From Lytechinus pictus (taxonomy: Eukaryota): 64,000 nucleotides of DNA. Shown here in pieces: positions 1-15,917 of this stretch (position 1 is its first letter; the number at the start of each line of letters is the position of its first letter). The position numbers and the translations under genes are program-made. The DNA lies in NCBI RefSeq assembly GCF_037042905.1, contig NC_087245.1:23562001-23626000 (forward strand). Direction: 5' to 3'. The notes below the pieces were generated by a model. The model saw nothing but the letters and a program-made list of their open reading frames with translations, did not search any database and was not told the origin of the DNA.

Positions 1-1380
1 GTCTGAAGGCAGTGGTGGTATTGTACCCTAAACATGCTAAAAGCAATTTGTTGATGTGGTCGTTGTCAGGGTTTCTTCTTATAAAAATATAACAACGATA
101 GTGTGATCCTGGTAATTCTTTTTTTTGCGCATAGCCAATTTCCTAAATTTATTGGAATTACAATTATCACGCGGCAACTTTTGAGAGGTTTATGAGGTCG
201 AACTTGATCATGGCACGGTCCAATTGTAGAGCAAGGCCTTCTGTACCTGAATCACGTGTGGTGAATGAATGGCTTTGCTCCTGGTTATGTTCTTGGATTT
301 CTGGTTATACTTCGAGAGCAAGATTAGAGAATTTAAAACTTGTTTATACTCTGTAATCCCGTTTTACAACATTTGCTATTTTAGGGTGATGTTTTGAACC
401 GGCTGTTGAATATCACTAGCAGACTTGCACTTCTTATTTTAATTTCCTCTATCCGTCGAGCTGCCCTCCCCCTTCATGTGCCTCTTCCTTAACCCACCCC
501 ATAAAAATCTCGCCCTCTCTCTCTCTCCCACTCTCTTCCCTTTCTCTATCTCTCTCTAGCCACCCACCCTCCCTCCTCCCTCTCCCCCACACCCTGCAAA
601 TACACACCCACACCCCCAACAAATACGCCATTCCATCGTTCTCTCTCTCGAGAGATGGTGTCCATAGGGTATTCAAAGTAAAAATTCTGGGTGAATATAA
701 GGATATACAGTAGGAGATCGAGAGAGGGAGATATATATAGTAATAGAGGGAGGGAGAGAGAGAGGGGGGGGGGGGCAAAAGAGAAATACATAATTTGTTT
801 CAGTTGCACGCAATCCCCTCACCAAAACAATGGTTGTTAATAATAAAATCATAATATCCGATGAGTACTACCGGTATGATTGAGACTCGGCCAAAATAGA
901 GCAAGTGTGTTCTAAAACGATCTGACATGATATCAAGTGGTTCAGTCTATTTTGGTTTGAAATGTTATCAGTTAAAGTTCAAGTCCACACAAACGGAAAT
1001 CGGTTTGAATGATCATAATAAAACGTACAATAAGCATAACGCTGCAGATTCCAACAAATTCGTGTAAGAGAGTTTGTAGAGTTGTATTAATATTCGCTTA
1101 TTTATTTCACAAAACATTAAATACAAACAAAAAATAAGATTCGATATGCAAATGAGAGGGTCACATGCACACAATTGTAACTTTTGTAAATTCGGCAATG
1201 CTCTAGTATTTGATTAAATCAGATGATAGTCATGGGGATATCACAGGTACAAGGATAAATAAAATCTTTTTTTGTTATATTATAGGGAGAAAATATAAAT
1301 GTTTTGTACTGTGTATGATTCAGTAAAGAAATCAATAAAAGGGCCTAAATAATATGTGATCATAGTGTCTATTCTTAAAC

Positions 1381-1991
1381 TTAAAGGACAAGTCCACCTC
1401 AGAAAAATGTTGATTTAAATCAATAGAGTAAAATCAGACAAACATAATACTGAAAATTTCATCAAAATCGGATGTAAAATAAGAAAGTTATGACATTTTA
1501 AAGTTTCGCTTATTTTTCACAAAATAGTTATACGCACAATTTAGTCACATGCAAAAGAGAGAATCGATGACATCCCTCACTCACTATTTCTTTTGTTTTT
1601 TATTGTTTGAATTATACAATATTTCAATTTTTACAGATTTGACAGTAAGGACCAACTTGACTGAACCATAAAATGTTAAACAATGGTTATTCCACATGTT
1701 CAGGGAGAAATACAACTTTGTTTCACAGGACAATGAGGAGAAAATAAGAATATTTCATATTTCACACAATAAAATACAAAAGAAATAGTGAGTGCGTGAT
1801 GTCATCAGTTCCCTCATTTGCATACCGACCTGGATGTGCATATAACTATTATGTGAAATTAAGCGACACTTAAAAATGTCATAACTTTCTTATTTTACAT
1901 CCGATTTTGATGACATTTTTAGTGTTATGCTTGTGGGATTTTTCTCTTTTTATTAAAGTCAACATTTTCTTGGGGTGGACTTGTCCTTTAA
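1381..1991. mobile_element. Kolobok/T2-type MITE
   Basis: TTAA|AGGACAAGTCCACC...GGTGGACTTGTCCT|TTAA with long internal inverted arms; same family as 33407-33992 and 47039-47603. Confidence 0.85.
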
Positions 1992-2578
1992 ATGCCACTC
2001 GTTTATACTCGTGTCACTGTTTTGTGTGAACGATTAACTCTGACTTTACATGAATTACATCCGGTTTTGATTAAATATTCAGTGTTGTGCTTGTTGAGAT
2101 GGAATTTGCCCTTGAATCCTATTTTGATTGATGTTGGTGCTAATTAGAGGCTACAAACTCAAAGACGTTCACCCTAGCTTGACGATCTTAAATCAATTAT
2201 CGCTTCTGTTTTCTCTACTTTTCTTTCTTCTCAATTACCTAAATGTGTTCGATTTTAGACCTTCCTTTTATTTCACTTTTTTGTCCCTCATTTATTATTT
2301 CACCATCCGATGTATCATCTACCCTCTAAAATCGTATGCCCTCCCTTGACCTGTCCTTTGATTACCTTTTGTTTTGAGGAAAGTGCATTCTCTTGTTTCT
2401 TCCCGACATTAATCGTAGCCTTGATAAATGCCAACAGGAGTTTAAATGGGAAGCTTATTGATTAGAGCTAAATCCTTTTTCGTCTTGAAGAGTTGATCTT
2501 TACAATCAGCTGTCTAGTCACCTGCGAGGCACACATTATGATGACGTATTTCATCAGGTTACTTGTTTAGTATATCAG

Positions 2579-2749
2579 GGGCCCGTTTCATAAAGCTGTT
2601 CGTAAGTTACGAATGACTTTACGCACGACTGGTGATCCTTTCTTGTGCTATATGATATATCCCTATGTAGCTGATTTATGTATAAGAACATGTTCCAGTC
2701 GTTCGTAAAGTTGTGCGTAACTTTACGAACAGCTTTATGAAACACCACC
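2579..2749. mobile_element. PIF/Harbinger-type palindromic MITE
   Basis: Arms GTTTCATAAAGCTGTTCGTAA / TTACGAACAGCTTTATGAAAC; 3-bp CAG on both flanks. Confidence 0.7.
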
Positions 2750-4746
2750 CAGTTCGAATTAGCCATATACATTACATGTATGGGTTCTTCCCATCTCGAA
2801 GGGGTGAGGGTGGGGGCGGAACCATTTCCCCCCTTTTTTTGTTGATTCACTCCTTAATTTGCTAAGTTGTATTTCGAGCCAAAGATAATCAGTATTCAGT
2901 AAAGATGAAATAAACATTTGCGCGTCTCACTCAGATACAGAAGATCAGCATTTCATGAATAAGTTGTTCATCTGACTAATTTGCTCTTACTTCTTAGAAG
3001 CCAAGATTTGTTGTAGCTTATAACAATGGTCAGATGAAATTACTGACTATTTAATTTCATAAAATGCTCCCCTTGTCTCATTTTGTTAGTTATAGTTTTT
3101 AAGTAAACGTATAGAGTAAACAAACATCCTTTTGTGCATCACCTTCCGCTAACTCTTGAGGACAATATATATATCGCTCTCGTCAAATGTAACTTGACAC
3201 TTGTTATTACTTGCTTGCAAATGGAGAGGCCTATTTTCTTCCATGAAATTTGAACAAAGGACAGTGGAGAACCATTAAAAGGTGCGTGACAAGTCCACCC
3301 CAGCAAAGAGCCAATTTGAATGAAAAGTTAAAAATCAAATTATAGGATAACGCTAAAAATATCATCAAAACTAGATGTAAAATAGGAAAGTTGACAGTAC
3401 AATTTGCTTAATTTTACAAAACAGTCATATACACCTCCTAGTCTTTACATGCTTTATGCACATGATGCAAGTGAGGTAATAAATAACGTCATGCACTCAC
3501 TCACGTTTTGTATATTTTATTAAATGAAATGTCTTATTTTTTCCTCTTTATAAAGGCTTGATTTTCTATGAAAATGTGAGATTGCTATTGTTGCATCCTA
3601 TTGTAATTCATGAATGTCATTTCTTATTAAACAATCTGAAGAAAAAAATCTTTTAATCGAACACAACAGAAATAGGGATCAACTGTTAAAAGAAATATCA
3701 TTCGATCTTATTCATCACAACCTTCAAATTAATCCTCATTTACCACTATAAATTAAATAAAAATATAAATTCTACAGCTATCTTCTGCACCCGCACCTGC
3801 ACCTGCATTGCACCCACTTGTTCAGTAATTATACCAATCATAGTCATGAACCCTTTTTATGAGGCCGCCATCAATTACAAGCTTAACCGCTCACGATGGC
3901 GGTCTCCTGTGTTCATTAAATTTTGTTAATGTTCCTTTTTTATTATCAAAACCACACCATTTTTTTCCTTCAAATTATGTATTATGTTTATATTGTATGC
4001 ATTATGAATTATTTTGTATATTACAAACAATGTAGATATTTATGATAATGTATTGTGAACGCAGAAAAAAAAAATAGGGATAGGGGGACATCATCTATAT
4101 TCTCTCTCATTAATGTCAATGCGTTGCGCATTGTTTTGTGAAAAATTAATAAGCGAATCTCAAAATGTAAAAATTTCTTAATTTACATCTGATTGCAATG
4201 AAGACTTCAGCATTATGCTTATCTTTAGTTCACCCAGATTTAATTCGATAAACATTATACGAACATGACGAAGGTTTGCAGGGAAATCCAAGAAAGAATA
4301 ACAAAAGTATTTTGTAAATGTAAGGTTGTGACGTAACGTGAGTTATATTTCATGATATGAATTCCATGACATACGATCACCTCAATGATATGCAATATAA
4401 CGTTTCATCAGTCACGTTGCTTTATATACACTTCTATAATCAATATTGGGAATTCGTGGATAATCTATTGAGACTAAAACAGGGCGAGAAGCCCGAAAAG
4501 AAATTCGAGGCCATGATGAGAGTGAAAACTTTCTTATCCTTCAGATGTAGATAGTAGCCACCACATTTTCAATTACTAGCAAGAAACTAACGATTATCAA
4601 TAGTCTTTAGTCTTAACTGATGACTTGGGGTTACGGTAGGCCTATAGAGTCTCTGATGGACCCACTTTTAAAAGATCAATTATTATCTACGTCTGGAATG
4701 TAAAAGTAGGACACTCTTATCCATGTTTATGATACAGCCGGAATGC

Positions 4747-5259
4747 TTAAAGGCGAAGTTCACCATGATAATATTAATTTGGTTTTAATAAAATCAGAAA
4801 ATATAGAGAAAAATATTGGTGAAGTTTTGATGGAAATTCTTCAAAGAATATCGGAATTATGAAATTTGAAAGTGCACTTCAGACAAGCAGCTCCTCCGTA
4901 TGCCGTGTGATATGAATTCTCAAAAATACAATTTGTTCAAAAATTTGAAGCTTGAAAGTGAGTTTCAATTGTGCGATAGACATCATCATACACATCATTT
5001 CATGCATGCCCCCTTCTACAGTACAAGAAAAATAGTTGCATTCATTATAATATCCCCCAAAAAGGAGAAATATATGGAATGTATATCACATTATAATTGG
5101 GGGAATCTGCTCGCATATGACGTCACATGTTTGAAATTTTAAAATCTCATTACTCTCTTATTTTTCGATGGATTCTCCTCAATTTTCGATCAATATTATT
5201 TCTCTTGTTTGTCTGCTTTTATTAAAGGCAACTTATCGACAGGGTGAACTACCCCTTGA
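4747..5259. mobile_element. Kolobok/T2-type MITE, second subfamily
   Basis: TTAA|AGGCGAAGTTCACC...GGGTGAACTACCCC; related to 17816-18302 and 19510-20002. Confidence 0.7.
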
Positions 5260-6271
5260 TGCTTCAAGTGATATTCCAGTTCCGGGGAAGATAGTAAAAT
5301 GGGCCTTATTGTGAACCCTAGCGTGAGAGAGAAAAGCGTTGGCAAAAAGCTATTGAATATCCTAACAATAAGAAGAAAGACAACAAAAGGAAAAGGAATG
5401 ATATATACAAATTATTTTCTGGATATAGTGTTCGAATCTGGCAGAAAATCAGATTCAATTTAAAATTGTAAAGTTTTATGCCCTTTCGCTTCGTTCTCTT
5501 GCTTCGCCCCTCTCTCCTCTCTCTCTCTCCCTATTACGCCCCTGATATCATTCACTAAGTGCTCAAATTTGGAGAAAAAAAATTACTTTTAAATTGATAT
5601 TGAACCTTACAGAAAGAGGGCGCTACATATCAAGAAATATCAATTTATATTTTCACAAAGTATGGATGAGTAGGGGAAAAATAAGAATAATGATTATAAT
5701 ATATGAAATACTTGAGGTAGTTCACAATATTGACCAGTTCGTACCAAAGCTCTAGACGGGCTTTAAACTGTATTACGTAATAATAAATAAAAGGTTATGT
5801 AACTTATGACGAATAGTCAAGATAAGATTGATCATGGTATAGTCATCAGAGTACAGAGGCTGAAAGGCGCCACTGCAGTAGTATAGGTGCATCAGCATAC
5901 AGATTTATGCCTCAGATTAATCATTAATTATTAGGGCTTTGACCCCGTGAAGCATTTTTTTTTTTCACATTAGCGTGATTAATGAGTTTATCCTTTAAAA
6001 GCGTGAGCCCCCCCCCCCCCCCACAAAAGTTTGTGTGAGTTTGGGATGGCGCAATTTTATGTAAGCCTATATTATATAGACCCATGGGAGGATGGGGTGT
6101 GGGGGTAGGCGTGTCTGCATGTGAGAAGAGAACAATATTTAATGGATAGGTAATTTTCTGTTGATGAAATTGATAAAAAGCAATTGAAAAAAATATGAAA
6201 TCCTGGATCAGAGTTTTGCACATCCCTGGAATACAGGGGGGGGGGGGGTCTAGATAGATGGTGCTATCGTT

Positions 6272-6277
6272 GTGTTA

Positions 6278-6359
<82 letters not shown>

Positions 6360-6403
6360 CATTAGTATTATTATTGTAGCTGTTATTATTGTTGTTGTTG
6401 TTA
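6272..6403. repeat. (TAT)n microsatellite
   Basis: Direct reading. Confidence 0.95.
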
Positions 6404-6982
6404 TGGGGAGCCATGGGCCGCCTATAACTCTCTTGCAGCTTTTTATTCTTTGCCCTGAGACTAAGTACGTTATGTCAGGCACTCAACATTTTTGGTTCGT
6501 TGTGAATACTGTTGCACATTGCATTCATTGAAAAATTCTGATTCCCATTGATAGTAACTTTTTTTAAATTTACTTATATCATGGACCTATTTAAAACAGG
6601 TCCATGCCTATATCGATTTATGAACAAGGTTTGCTTTCTTATTTATATAAAAGGGCAATCGAACAGGACAGCTTGTTTCCGATATAAGGTCGTCCGGAAA
6701 GACCTGTCTATAATGGGCCCAACCGCAGTATACTATCAGTTTATCATGTTTATGTTATATAATAGTACATTTTACTTTATTTGCTGGTTTCGATGAAACA
6801 CTGATAATCAAGGAAGTACATGGACTTTCGGTAGGCCTTCTATCAGTCCTAATAACGCTAATCGATATACAGTCGAACTGTTGATGGTGGTGATTGATTG
6901 TTGCATAATCAGCAACATTAGTAGGATCACGGAGCTAAAAGACGTCTTTTAGCTACATTATTGTAGGATTACTAATATTTTT

Positions 6983-8600
<1,618 letters not shown>

Positions 8601-9388
8601 AATATAGCAGAAGTACTTGTTTTATATTGACCAAGAGGGAGAGAAGAAATAAAAATCAAGAAAAGACGAAGAAAACAAGTAGAATTTCGTTGGAAGTTCG
8701 TCTGCAATCACGAACAACTGTTTCATCCATCGATAGTATCCCCGCCTTTGTTGTTGTTTGTTGTTTCGTCTGGTTTAAACAGTTCAGAAACATGAAAAGT
8801 AGACTGAATAGTTTGCCAAAAATATGGGCAGTGCGATCGAGGGGTCATTCAGGTGCGAGGCTGTTATCGACCCTCCTTCATATCCGTCTAAAAGGTCGTG
8901 TAAATGAAAGAGGTGTAATAAACTGCAGCCCAGGGACTGTTTTGACAGACACGTTTGCCAGTTCCTAGAACGTGGACTTCAACGTCACCCAGAACAAAGA
9001 CCAAAGACGGCAATTTATACTTCGTCCGTCTGTCCATTCATCATTTTCATTCTTTGACAGATAGACATGCGTCGCAGAATTTGTGATAGACAAATCATTA
9101 GCATTATAGTTTACTCTGATTCAGATTAGTCTTTTCCCAGATTACTAAATACGACAATTACCAATAGCTCCAATTACTTTGTGCACAACAAAAGAGATAC
9201 TACAAGGGGAACAGGAAGAAACAAGAGTAACATACGAGATTCAATTGCCCATATCTCATGTTTACCTCTTTGAAAATTATAGACAGTACAATGCTCACAT
9301 TTCTCTCATCGAATTTAATATTTTCAGAGATTGATTTTTTTAAATACTTTTGTGTAAAAAGTATTATGCCTGCCTATATATTCCACCA

Positions 9389-9678
9389 CACTGGCGTACT
9401 AATGGAGGGGGGGGGGGGGGGCTTTTGTTACCCCTCCAATTTTTCACGACCAAGGGGGGGGGGGAGAAGAGAGAATTCGGGAGAAATATGATATTGATTT
9501 CTTAATATTGTATCAAAATCTAATTGCAAAATTTGATTTTTGTAATAGAAATGTCGACATTTTTGCTCGCTCGAAACTTTTTATACATTTTACGCGATCC
9601 GCCTTATCTAGCCCCCTCAATATTTTTGATTCATGAAAAAAAAATAGTTAAAACAGTTTTTGGATCATTACGCCACTG
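9389..9678. mobile_element. hAT-type MITE
   Basis: Exact 8-bp TSD TTCCACCA (9381-9388, 9679-9686); ends CACTGGCGTA / TACGCCACTG. Confidence 0.85.
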
Positions 9679-11215
9679 TTCCACCATAAATGAATTTGGT
9701 ACAGATCATTCATGATACCCAACCGACTTTGTAAATTTTATTCATTCATTTGAACTCTCCTTAGGTTCCACAGATTAGTAGAGCCCATGTTGTTGCTAGA
9801 GCTCATTGTACCAGAGGCTACCGGCAAACTAACTGCAAGTTTATTTATTTGAATGGCTCATTTTATTCACGAATTTATGTCTTCAATAATCGTGAAAATA
9901 GAGAGATAACCTGTTCACGATAGATCAATTGCGATACAACATACCTGTTATGTAATTAATCAGTTGTTGTGGCCTAGTACCTGTTCATAATTGAGTGACA
10001 AGATGATGTCACTGTAGAATGGAGGGGGATCTTAAGCCTTTATTGAGGTGTTCTATAAGATCAAAATATATATATTTCAACGAGATATTGAAAAGTCTGC
10101 CCTATTTTATTTTGAAGGGGGTGGGAATATAGGTTAGTCTTTCAACGTGTTCCACGGTCTCGCATATATTCATCAAATCCACTGGACTTTGATGGGATAG
10201 TAGGCCTATATAAAATTATATGTATACATAGGCTAATCTGGAACAGATACTTTGCTAGTTTCGAGTACAAGGAAAGTCGCGAGCTTCCGACCAGTCTAGG
10301 TTGAATGTACTGTGAAGATCCGGAGTAGGAAACGTTCATGACTCCTTAAAATGGCCTTCGCCAAGACAAGAAAACCAAACCAGGTTGTCATTGAATTGAA
10401 TTCAATAGTAATGCAAATGCAATAGTAACCACAGCACTACAATCATGATATATAGCTGCAAGGCTAATTATTTTCGCTGATCGGTGAAGACCCCTCCCCC
10501 TCCCGCGCGTTACTTCCGCGCTTAATGGATTTTTTTTTTTTTTTTTGGGGGGGGGAGGGGGAGGTTGGGTGGAATACAGGTATACACAGTGTAATTGGAC
10601 ATCTTATCGAGGAATTTAGCTACCTTAAATAATCTACAAAATTCTATGTTTATCTCCTCTCACTAAATATTTTACTTCCCTTTCCGTTTCCAAATACGGA
10701 ATAGTATCTCCAAGTGCAGCTGACTAAATAAAAAAAAACGAGCCATATCCATTGTATCCCTAATAATACGCATCATGTTAATTTTAGCATAATCGTCACA
10801 TCATTTAGTCACAGTAGAAACAATCAAATGTTGGTACATAGTATCTCGAAGTGCCTGGCTGGATATTCATCTATCAAGTAATATTATCAGGGAAATTGTC
10901 AATATTAATTTGGTACTGTCTGGAACAATTATCTAGTAGGCCTTTGTGAAAAAAATTGAAAATAGAACGAAGTCATCTAGCGTCGAATAGTCTATGAATA
11001 TAAAAAATCTATAATTTTTATTCAATTAAAATGTATATCATTTTTTTGGTCTTGAAAAATGTTTTTACGAGAAGTGGCGTCGGAAGTTTACTATACTGAA
11101 ATTATAGAATGAAGCTAGCATTTCGAATTAATTTGATTCTGTCTGTATGGGATTTAAAACGTGTTTCTGACCTACTGAAGAGCCCCATGGTCAACTCCCA
11201 ACTCACTGGTTTTAT

Positions 11216-11238
11216 CATAGAGCTGTAATAGCTCTATG
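11216..11238. mobile_element. 23-bp palindromic micro-insertion with 7-bp TSD (P-superfamily footprint-like)
   Basis: GTTTTAT|CATAGAGCTGTAATAGCTCTATG|GTTTTAT. Confidence 0.7.
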
Positions 11239-12462
11239 GTTTTATATAGGTTTACAGGAATCACGCACTCTCCCATTTATCAGTCTGTTTTGTGTTATAC
11301 TCTGAAGAATGGAGAATATCTGCAGGGACCGACACTGTTCTTGTGCAAGAGTGAGCGTATACTCCATCTCATTTCTACCCCCTGAGTTTATTATGCTATT
11401 GTATTTTACCCCCTAAACAATATTGAGTATCATTACGGCATGGAGGTATGGGCTACCTCTTTGATTGTAGAAAAGATTTTACAAAGAATAGATGTACTTA
11501 GATGTTTTCGAAGGAAAACAATGGCAGTTTGACCTCTTTCCGAGATCTTGTGTTCCTTGGATCTCACGGGTAAAAACATGTGGTCATCAATACAGTACAT
11601 TGAAAGAAAAAAGTTCAAACGTGTTTCGAGCCATCCCTCTTGATGCAATGCTTTCAACATGGATGGAGGTTGAATGGGAGAACGTGTCACCAAGGAATGC
11701 AATTGCCAAAATGTAAAATGAGAGGACTTTCGGAAGGATTTTGGCCAGAGGATTGGGAATTCAAAGGTTGCAGGCAGTGCCCTATTCTTGATAAGAGTCG
11801 TGCGCGGTTGTTGAAAAATGAAGCCCTAAAAATGCACTTTAAAATGGTCAGTGGTCCTGACAGGGATGTCGTACAACTTAGGCAGTTAGGGAGACCTTGT
11901 CTGGTATATCGTTAAAATTGGCCAACACTGTATACCTTCAACCTATATAATATGACTGGTGTGAGAAACAATGAGTACAGGTAGCGAGGCCCATTCCCAC
12001 TACTTGTCCAGCAGAATGGTGGATTTGTCATTGCTCATCCCATGCAGTTATAAATATAATGTAGGCCTACGGGTTAAGGCCAATTTATAAAATAAGTATG
12101 GAGATTGTCGGCCTCGGTCCATGATAATTATTACTGAATGCATATTTCATCTATTAAAAGGGTCTATATAGGAATACCACACATAAGAGGAACGTAATAT
12201 CCCAGGCCACTAGGCCAGTATACGACCGCGGTCAGTGTCATGTACATGTACATTGTAATGACTTCAAGTGACCTTTCACTTGTAACCTCATATTTCTATC
12301 GTGACCCGGCTTTAAAGTCATGATTGACAGTTTTGTGGGTCATTTTTTATTTTCCGATGAATTTAAGGCAGTAGCCATAGTTTATCTGTTGTTTATCTAT
12401 TTTTCGGGGCGGACAGGGGGCAGTTATCGTCAGTCCTATGAATAATGTTTTTTTCCTTTTTA

Positions 12463-12489
12463 CTACTATACTACTACTACTAGTACTAG

Positions 12490-12575
<86 letters not shown>
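12463..12575. repeat. (CTA)n microsatellite
   Basis: Direct reading. Confidence 0.95.
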
Positions 12576-13659
12576 TATTCGAAACGTCTGGAAAGCACGC
12601 TATATGCTTGTAACATTGTAAATAATCTGTTTATGATAAAAGTAATCCAATGATGTGAAGTTGCAAGTCTAAACACTGATGTTATGTTATGTCATTCAAC
12701 ACATTATGTATATAAACGCATCAAAATGGCAAGTACGCTGTATTATTGACAAAAAATAATGAAACGAGAGAACTTTAGATTCAGACAGTCCGGATCATAT
12801 GCTCCATCCTGGGGATTTACGTCTCAAGCTACGCATGAATATGATATCAGATTTTGGGTATATATCCCATATTGTTTAGTGCACACGTAAAATATTATTG
12901 GGAGCATCTCAGACATGATCTTTGAGCTCACAAGATAGCTGAAGGGTGAGAAAAGTTCCTTTGGTACAAAATACTACATTCTCAACATATACAATTGATA
13001 ATATTGCTAACAACGGATCACGTGCATGAAGAAGGACCCCCCCCCCCAAAAAAAAAGGCCAGAATAAGAAATGTGATGGAAGGACGCGAGTTGGGCGACC
13101 TCCACTATGATTTCTCCAGGAAAATGGTGAGAAGAGGAAGAAATACACGATAAAAAAATTTAAGAGGGCTGGGACGTACTAGTATATAGAAATTTACGGT
13201 CCTTCTTGTCAAATGTGTGAGAAAAGAAGAATTTGCCTCACTTGAAGCTTTCCTCAAACATAATACATGCCAAAAGTATTGAAACATACATAACCTATCA
13301 TCATGACCATGAGTGCAATTGCTTTACAGCTAGTAATTTTTGCATGAACTGTGTTCCAAATGACAGGACGAACGAATCTTAATTGCCAGAACGATTTGTC
13401 TCCATCTAATGTTGGTGGTCATTCCTGACCTCGTTAAAGGTTCAGGATAAATAAACACAAGGTTTATATGGTTATAAAAATGCCATTTATGGATGCCGCC
13501 TTTGTATGCTAGTACACCAAAACGCGGAGGGTTACCATGGCGTGAGGGGAGTGAAAAGTTGCTCCCCGACAACTTTTCGAATTCTATAAATATGCATTGC
13601 ATATTATCACAAAAATGCACGTAATGCGTGCACCTGATTCAGAAATCCGCGTTAAGGCG

Positions 13660-13855
13660 CACTCTTAAAAACGTTGGGCAACATACGGTCCACACAACAA
13701 TTGGTTAAAACATTATCCAACTCTGGGTAGTTTTCAACCAATACTGTGTAGTTTTCACCAAAAGCACACATTATTGGTTTAAAGCTACTCAGAATTTGAT
13801 AAAGTTTTAACCAATTGTTGTGTGGACCGTATGTTGCCCAACGTTTTTAAGAGTG
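13660..13855. mobile_element. Palindromic MITE, CACT..AGTG ends (EnSpm/CMC-like)
   Basis: About 50-bp perfect arms CACTCTTAAAAACGTTGGGCAACATACGGTCCACACAACAATTGGTTAAAAC; 2-bp CG on both flanks. A more decayed element of similar build lies at ~20162-20349. Confidence 0.75.
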
Positions 13856-15917
13856 CGTGCACTCGATTAAATAGAAAAAAAAGAAATTTAACACATGCCT
13901 AAGTATTATTATGTTATCGAAAAACCTGTAATATGAACCTCAGAAAAAAAATAAAAAAATCTGCGTACGGCCATGGTATATGTTTTAAAGTGGGTGTTAT
14001 TTGTGTACATTATTTCGTCACGAATCAGTAGACAGGCCTACAACTTAAACTAGGTAGAATGTATATACATACTCATATGTTTACTTGTTGTATATAACAC
14101 CTACCGCACACACACACACACTGACTTATAGATGGGGGCGGTTTGGAGGGCAGCCCCCGGAAGTGAGAACATTTTAAAGAAATTATAAAAAAATGAAAGC
14201 ATTATTAATTTCTGTCACTTTAAATGCACGCAGATGGTTTATTGCTTGATCACCAGTGGTATGACTTATTAGAGAACTTAGAGAACTTCAAAACTCAGTA
14301 AATGTGATTTTATCCAAGAGGAACGTGTGCAATGATTTTCTTTTCTAGAACGGGGAGGAAAGTAACTATAAATAGGGGAAAGGAGAAGGGGGGGGGGGGG
14401 TTATCTCATAAATCGCGTGTCACAATGCGTTTGATGGAGGAAGTATTACAAATTTCCTGTGCTCGGGTCTGGGGGCAGGTTCAGGCTGTTATTCAGTAAA
14501 TAGCCCATGATCAGATTTATCCTGCAGTATGTTTTCAATTGATTCAGGGGATTTCGTCTACTCTGTAATCCACATTGGACTAAATAATTGAGTGATGTCG
14601 GTCAGTGACTCTGATTTATTCCGAATTGAAATTATCATGCAATGAATGTTCATGATCTTTATATTGGTTTTAATTCAGATAAACTTATCGAGCTCCCCTT
14701 CGTTTTGCAAACGATAAACATTCACAGTATTTTTCGTCTTCATACTGCAATTCCTTTGCGAAACATCCAACCAATTATGCATGATCTTATCAACTGTATT
14801 GTAAAAAAAAGAGAAATTATCGTAAATAGTGTAGTTACTTTCTCTTCATTATAGGCTAATAGGCCTATACGACAAAAATCTTGTGGAATTTGCATGAGTT
14901 CGTAGCGCAGTCTAAAGGAAAGTCTACTAAATAATAATTATTTCTTTTACATTTTACTTTATTTGAGTAAGTTTGTAGTAATTTTTAATTCGAATACCCA
15001 GTACATAGTGACTATGAGTCTATGATGAAAAATAACTATTGGCTGATTTATGCATAGTAATTGCTGATTTAGATCAGTGACTAAGGTAAATATGTGGAGT
15101 GCCAGTTGCCACCTAATACATTCGCAAAGTACAACTTCTTCTATTCTTGCGATCGAAAACGTTATGAAATTAAAAATTGTTCAAAATTATGCCTTTGTGT
15201 AAACCATTTTCTCCTTTTGCTTATCGGTTTTCCTTGATCACGGATGCTGCTGTGTATAGAGTTAATTGTTTTGTGCCTAAGAGCTGAAAATCGACAATAA
15301 TTAATGATTAATCTTTCAATAAATGGTGCGTGGCATGTCATTCGCAATCGTCGAACAGCCTGGGGAATTTCAATTTTGATAGTAAAAAATTCAATACAAA
15401 ATGTTATTATTATTTAGGGTGGGTCAATAGCCACGACCCCCTCCAATATATCTTTGTGTGAGCTATGATGAAAGCAGTATTCATTATGATGCAGGCTATT
15501 GTGAATTTGGCATCATATTGTGAGACTCATGACGTATTCTTTCTCTGTTTTCTTTTCAGATCTGGTTTAGTTACAACCTTTAACATTCTGACTCTATTCC
15601 TTCTCTTCATCAACATTGCGGTCTAGTGAGGGCGTAAGACTCGTTCGAAGCATAATCAAGGTTGACCTCATCAAAAGATCGTTGGACGTGACTAAATTCA
15701 AAGGAACCGTGTGTGTCTTCATTTCGTTAATACTGGCGTCCATCATGTTCTATTATTAGAAACATCGCGAGAAAGGATTAAGGTATTTTAAGCCTCGATT
15801 ATCAGCGGCTCTCCTGTCGAACATCACTATGACTACCCCCAGGAAATTCCATCGGTGAATCTGTAGATTTAATGTGTAACGGGTTCTTCTTGTTGTTTGG
15901 AGAAACTACCAAGCGAG

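Noticed and set aside
1..440. Possible exon at the window start
   Set aside because: The frames I translated contain stops and I could not recognise any motif.
15652..15759. Hydrophobic peptide KFKGTVCVFISLILASIMFYY upstream of paralog 1, resembling a second signal anchor
   Set aside because: No upstream in-frame ATG, bounded by stops, and no catalytic-domain homology; cannot be told from chance.
15897..15917. ORF-track start of paralog 1 at 15897 (and 52715 for the transposase)
   Set aside because: These are TTG starts; eukaryotic initiation at ATG 15918 and ATG 52799 gives family-typical proteins.
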